Part shown: positions 62,378-64,000 of the stretch, piece after piece
Position numbering within the stretch: the first letter of the stretch is position 1
Layout of the letters: each line of letters begins with the position of its first letter
The notes under the pieces: model-generated
What the model saw: only the letters and a program-made list of their open reading frames with translations
The model's database searches: none
What the model was told of the DNA's origin: nothing
Made by a program: the position numbers and the translations under genes
Assembly: GCA_010015805.1 (NCBI GenBank)
Contig: ML978124.1
Location: 2,356,001-2,420,000 of the forward strand
Length of the DNA stretch: 64,000 nt
Source of the DNA: Rhizodiscina lignyota
Taxonomy: Eukaryota
Direction of reading: 5' to 3'

Positions 62378-64000
62378 TTTTCTGAGCTTGCCTGAGATTA
62401 TACTACCACACTGGCAACGAAATGGACTTGCAAGCCTCCATGATTGGAAGGCAGTCAGCATTTATACCCAGAGGATGTCACTGAGACCATTCCCCGCGGC
62501 TATAAACGTGCCATGGACAAAAGATCCTATTGCCGGCGTGGTTCATGGTGCCTGAGCAAGAATTGCAGCCTGTCGTCTAGGGCAATCACTGCCAGCGTGC
62601 GCCGGCAATTAGACGGGCGACGAGGAGAAAGCTGAAATTTCTCATCAACTGCTGCAAGACTAGAGCAGTGGAAGTAAGCCTCCGCCCAGCGGATACTTGC
62701 AATCTTGCTGAAATTCCCTTGCAATTCCCATCTTGGGTCTGAAATCGGACAGAAAGCCGTGAGAGGTTTGGAGGTTTTGTGACGTCGCGAGAGGGGAACA
62801 TCGAAAGTGACTTGCGGGGAACTGCTGTGGGGCAAGGAAGCCCTGATGATCGCCCCCTTGGAGAACAGGCGACAGAAGCGATCAGTCCAGATTTTCATGC
62901 GAACAGCCGGAAATCTTCGGGAAGAGGTGAGAATCGAGTTCGGAGATATTGTTAATTACTTTCATTAACTTCCAAAGGGAGAGAGAGAAAAAGAAAGCTT
63001 CGAGGTTGTGGTAATGAAACCTGAACTGCAGAAGGGTGGCCAGACTGCTCCGCAGCGCTACAAGAAGGATCAGACAAAAGTCGCCGAGCAGTTGGAGACT
63101 GTTTCAACTCGACTCTAAATTGCAAAACTCAATATGATAGGTTCTAAGTATCGTCTCTGAGACAGTCAAACGCGCTGAAAGGGTGAGCAAGCTTTGTCAG
63201 AGCAACGACACAATCCGATCCAAAGACTATGAGTAATGGACCATGGGAATGGCACCGAACAGTCTTTTGCGAACGCTTGGACAGAAGTAGACTCAAAAGT
63301 ACAGCATGGAGAATCAAGCGTTGATGATGCCCTGTTCCTCCATCGGATATTACAGTGAGGATCAGTGCTGCAGCGAGGAAACGAAATAAGAAAAGAGAAA
63401 TGTCAAATTTGCCTTTGGCTGAGGGAAAATAAATATTGACTACGGCAATATGGAGGACGGAAGCAATCTTATCTGCCGCGTAACACGTTACAATGAAGAT
63501 AGCTCCGTGGGACCGTGATACATGTTCGATTCAGAGCAGCTGGCGCGGAAGTGCAGCGACTTGCAAAGGCCAAGTTTGTTATGAAAGGGGACTGTATAGC
63601 GCTCGCCTAATTTCGTCCGGCTTTGCCAAGGTCCAAGTCATCAAACGAATTATTACTGTAGCGGCGCCTGCCCGAAAGACCTTAGCTTAGATGCGAATGA
63701 AGATTGCGATGCCGCGGGCCCGTCCATGCTTAGGACGGAGCTGCTTCTGGAAGGGCTCACAGAAGGAAGGCATGATGGTGTGGACAGCGATGATCGTTGA
63801 AGACGAAGGCATCGAGTGCAGACATTGGATTAGCTGGAGATTTGGATGAGCTTGAAGCGGCTGGGAAGGTTCCTGTCGGGCTGTTCGACGCTGGAGGAGG
63901 GCCAGGGTGGAGGGAGAGGACGAGAAGCTCAGACGGTGAGAGGGCAGGAGGCGACGCTCGTGCTTCCTGTTCCTGGCGCTAGCACACACTAGGCCAGCGG

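Noticed and set aside
63687..64000. Minus-strand ORF at the window end
   Set aside because: No recognisable motif and truncated context; cannot tell a coding exon from UTR

Overview
Gene-dense, intron-containing eukaryotic DNA, most likely from a filamentous ascomycete (Pezizomycotina). Most introns are 47-60 nt with GT..(R)CTRAC..YAG signals, and HET-domain and Zn2Cys6 genes are present. About 24 protein-coding genes can be supported: TPP enzyme, flavin monooxygenase, HET, PLAC8, POF1-like, two PPR proteins, cwf18, Med20, Zn2Cys6-acetyltransferase fusion, R3H/SUZ, RS-rich zinc knuckle, GH28, TatD, SWIM-RING, SUR7/PalI, PLC-like, a fungal TF-like protein, DUF1279, a small hypothetical protein, PNGase A, EamA, RSM25 and gluconolactonase. 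There is also a TA-flanked MITE, a decayed pseudogene and several repeat arrays. The standout is a minus-strand tRNA-Pro(TGG) gene at 14902-15042 split by two introns. One is a canonical 12-nt anticodon-loop intron. The other is a 57-nt D-loop insertion with spliceosomal-intron features (AG|GTTGGT donor, GCTAAC branch site, terminal AG) that cuts through the Pol III A box. All calls come from reading the sequence by eye; no searches were run.
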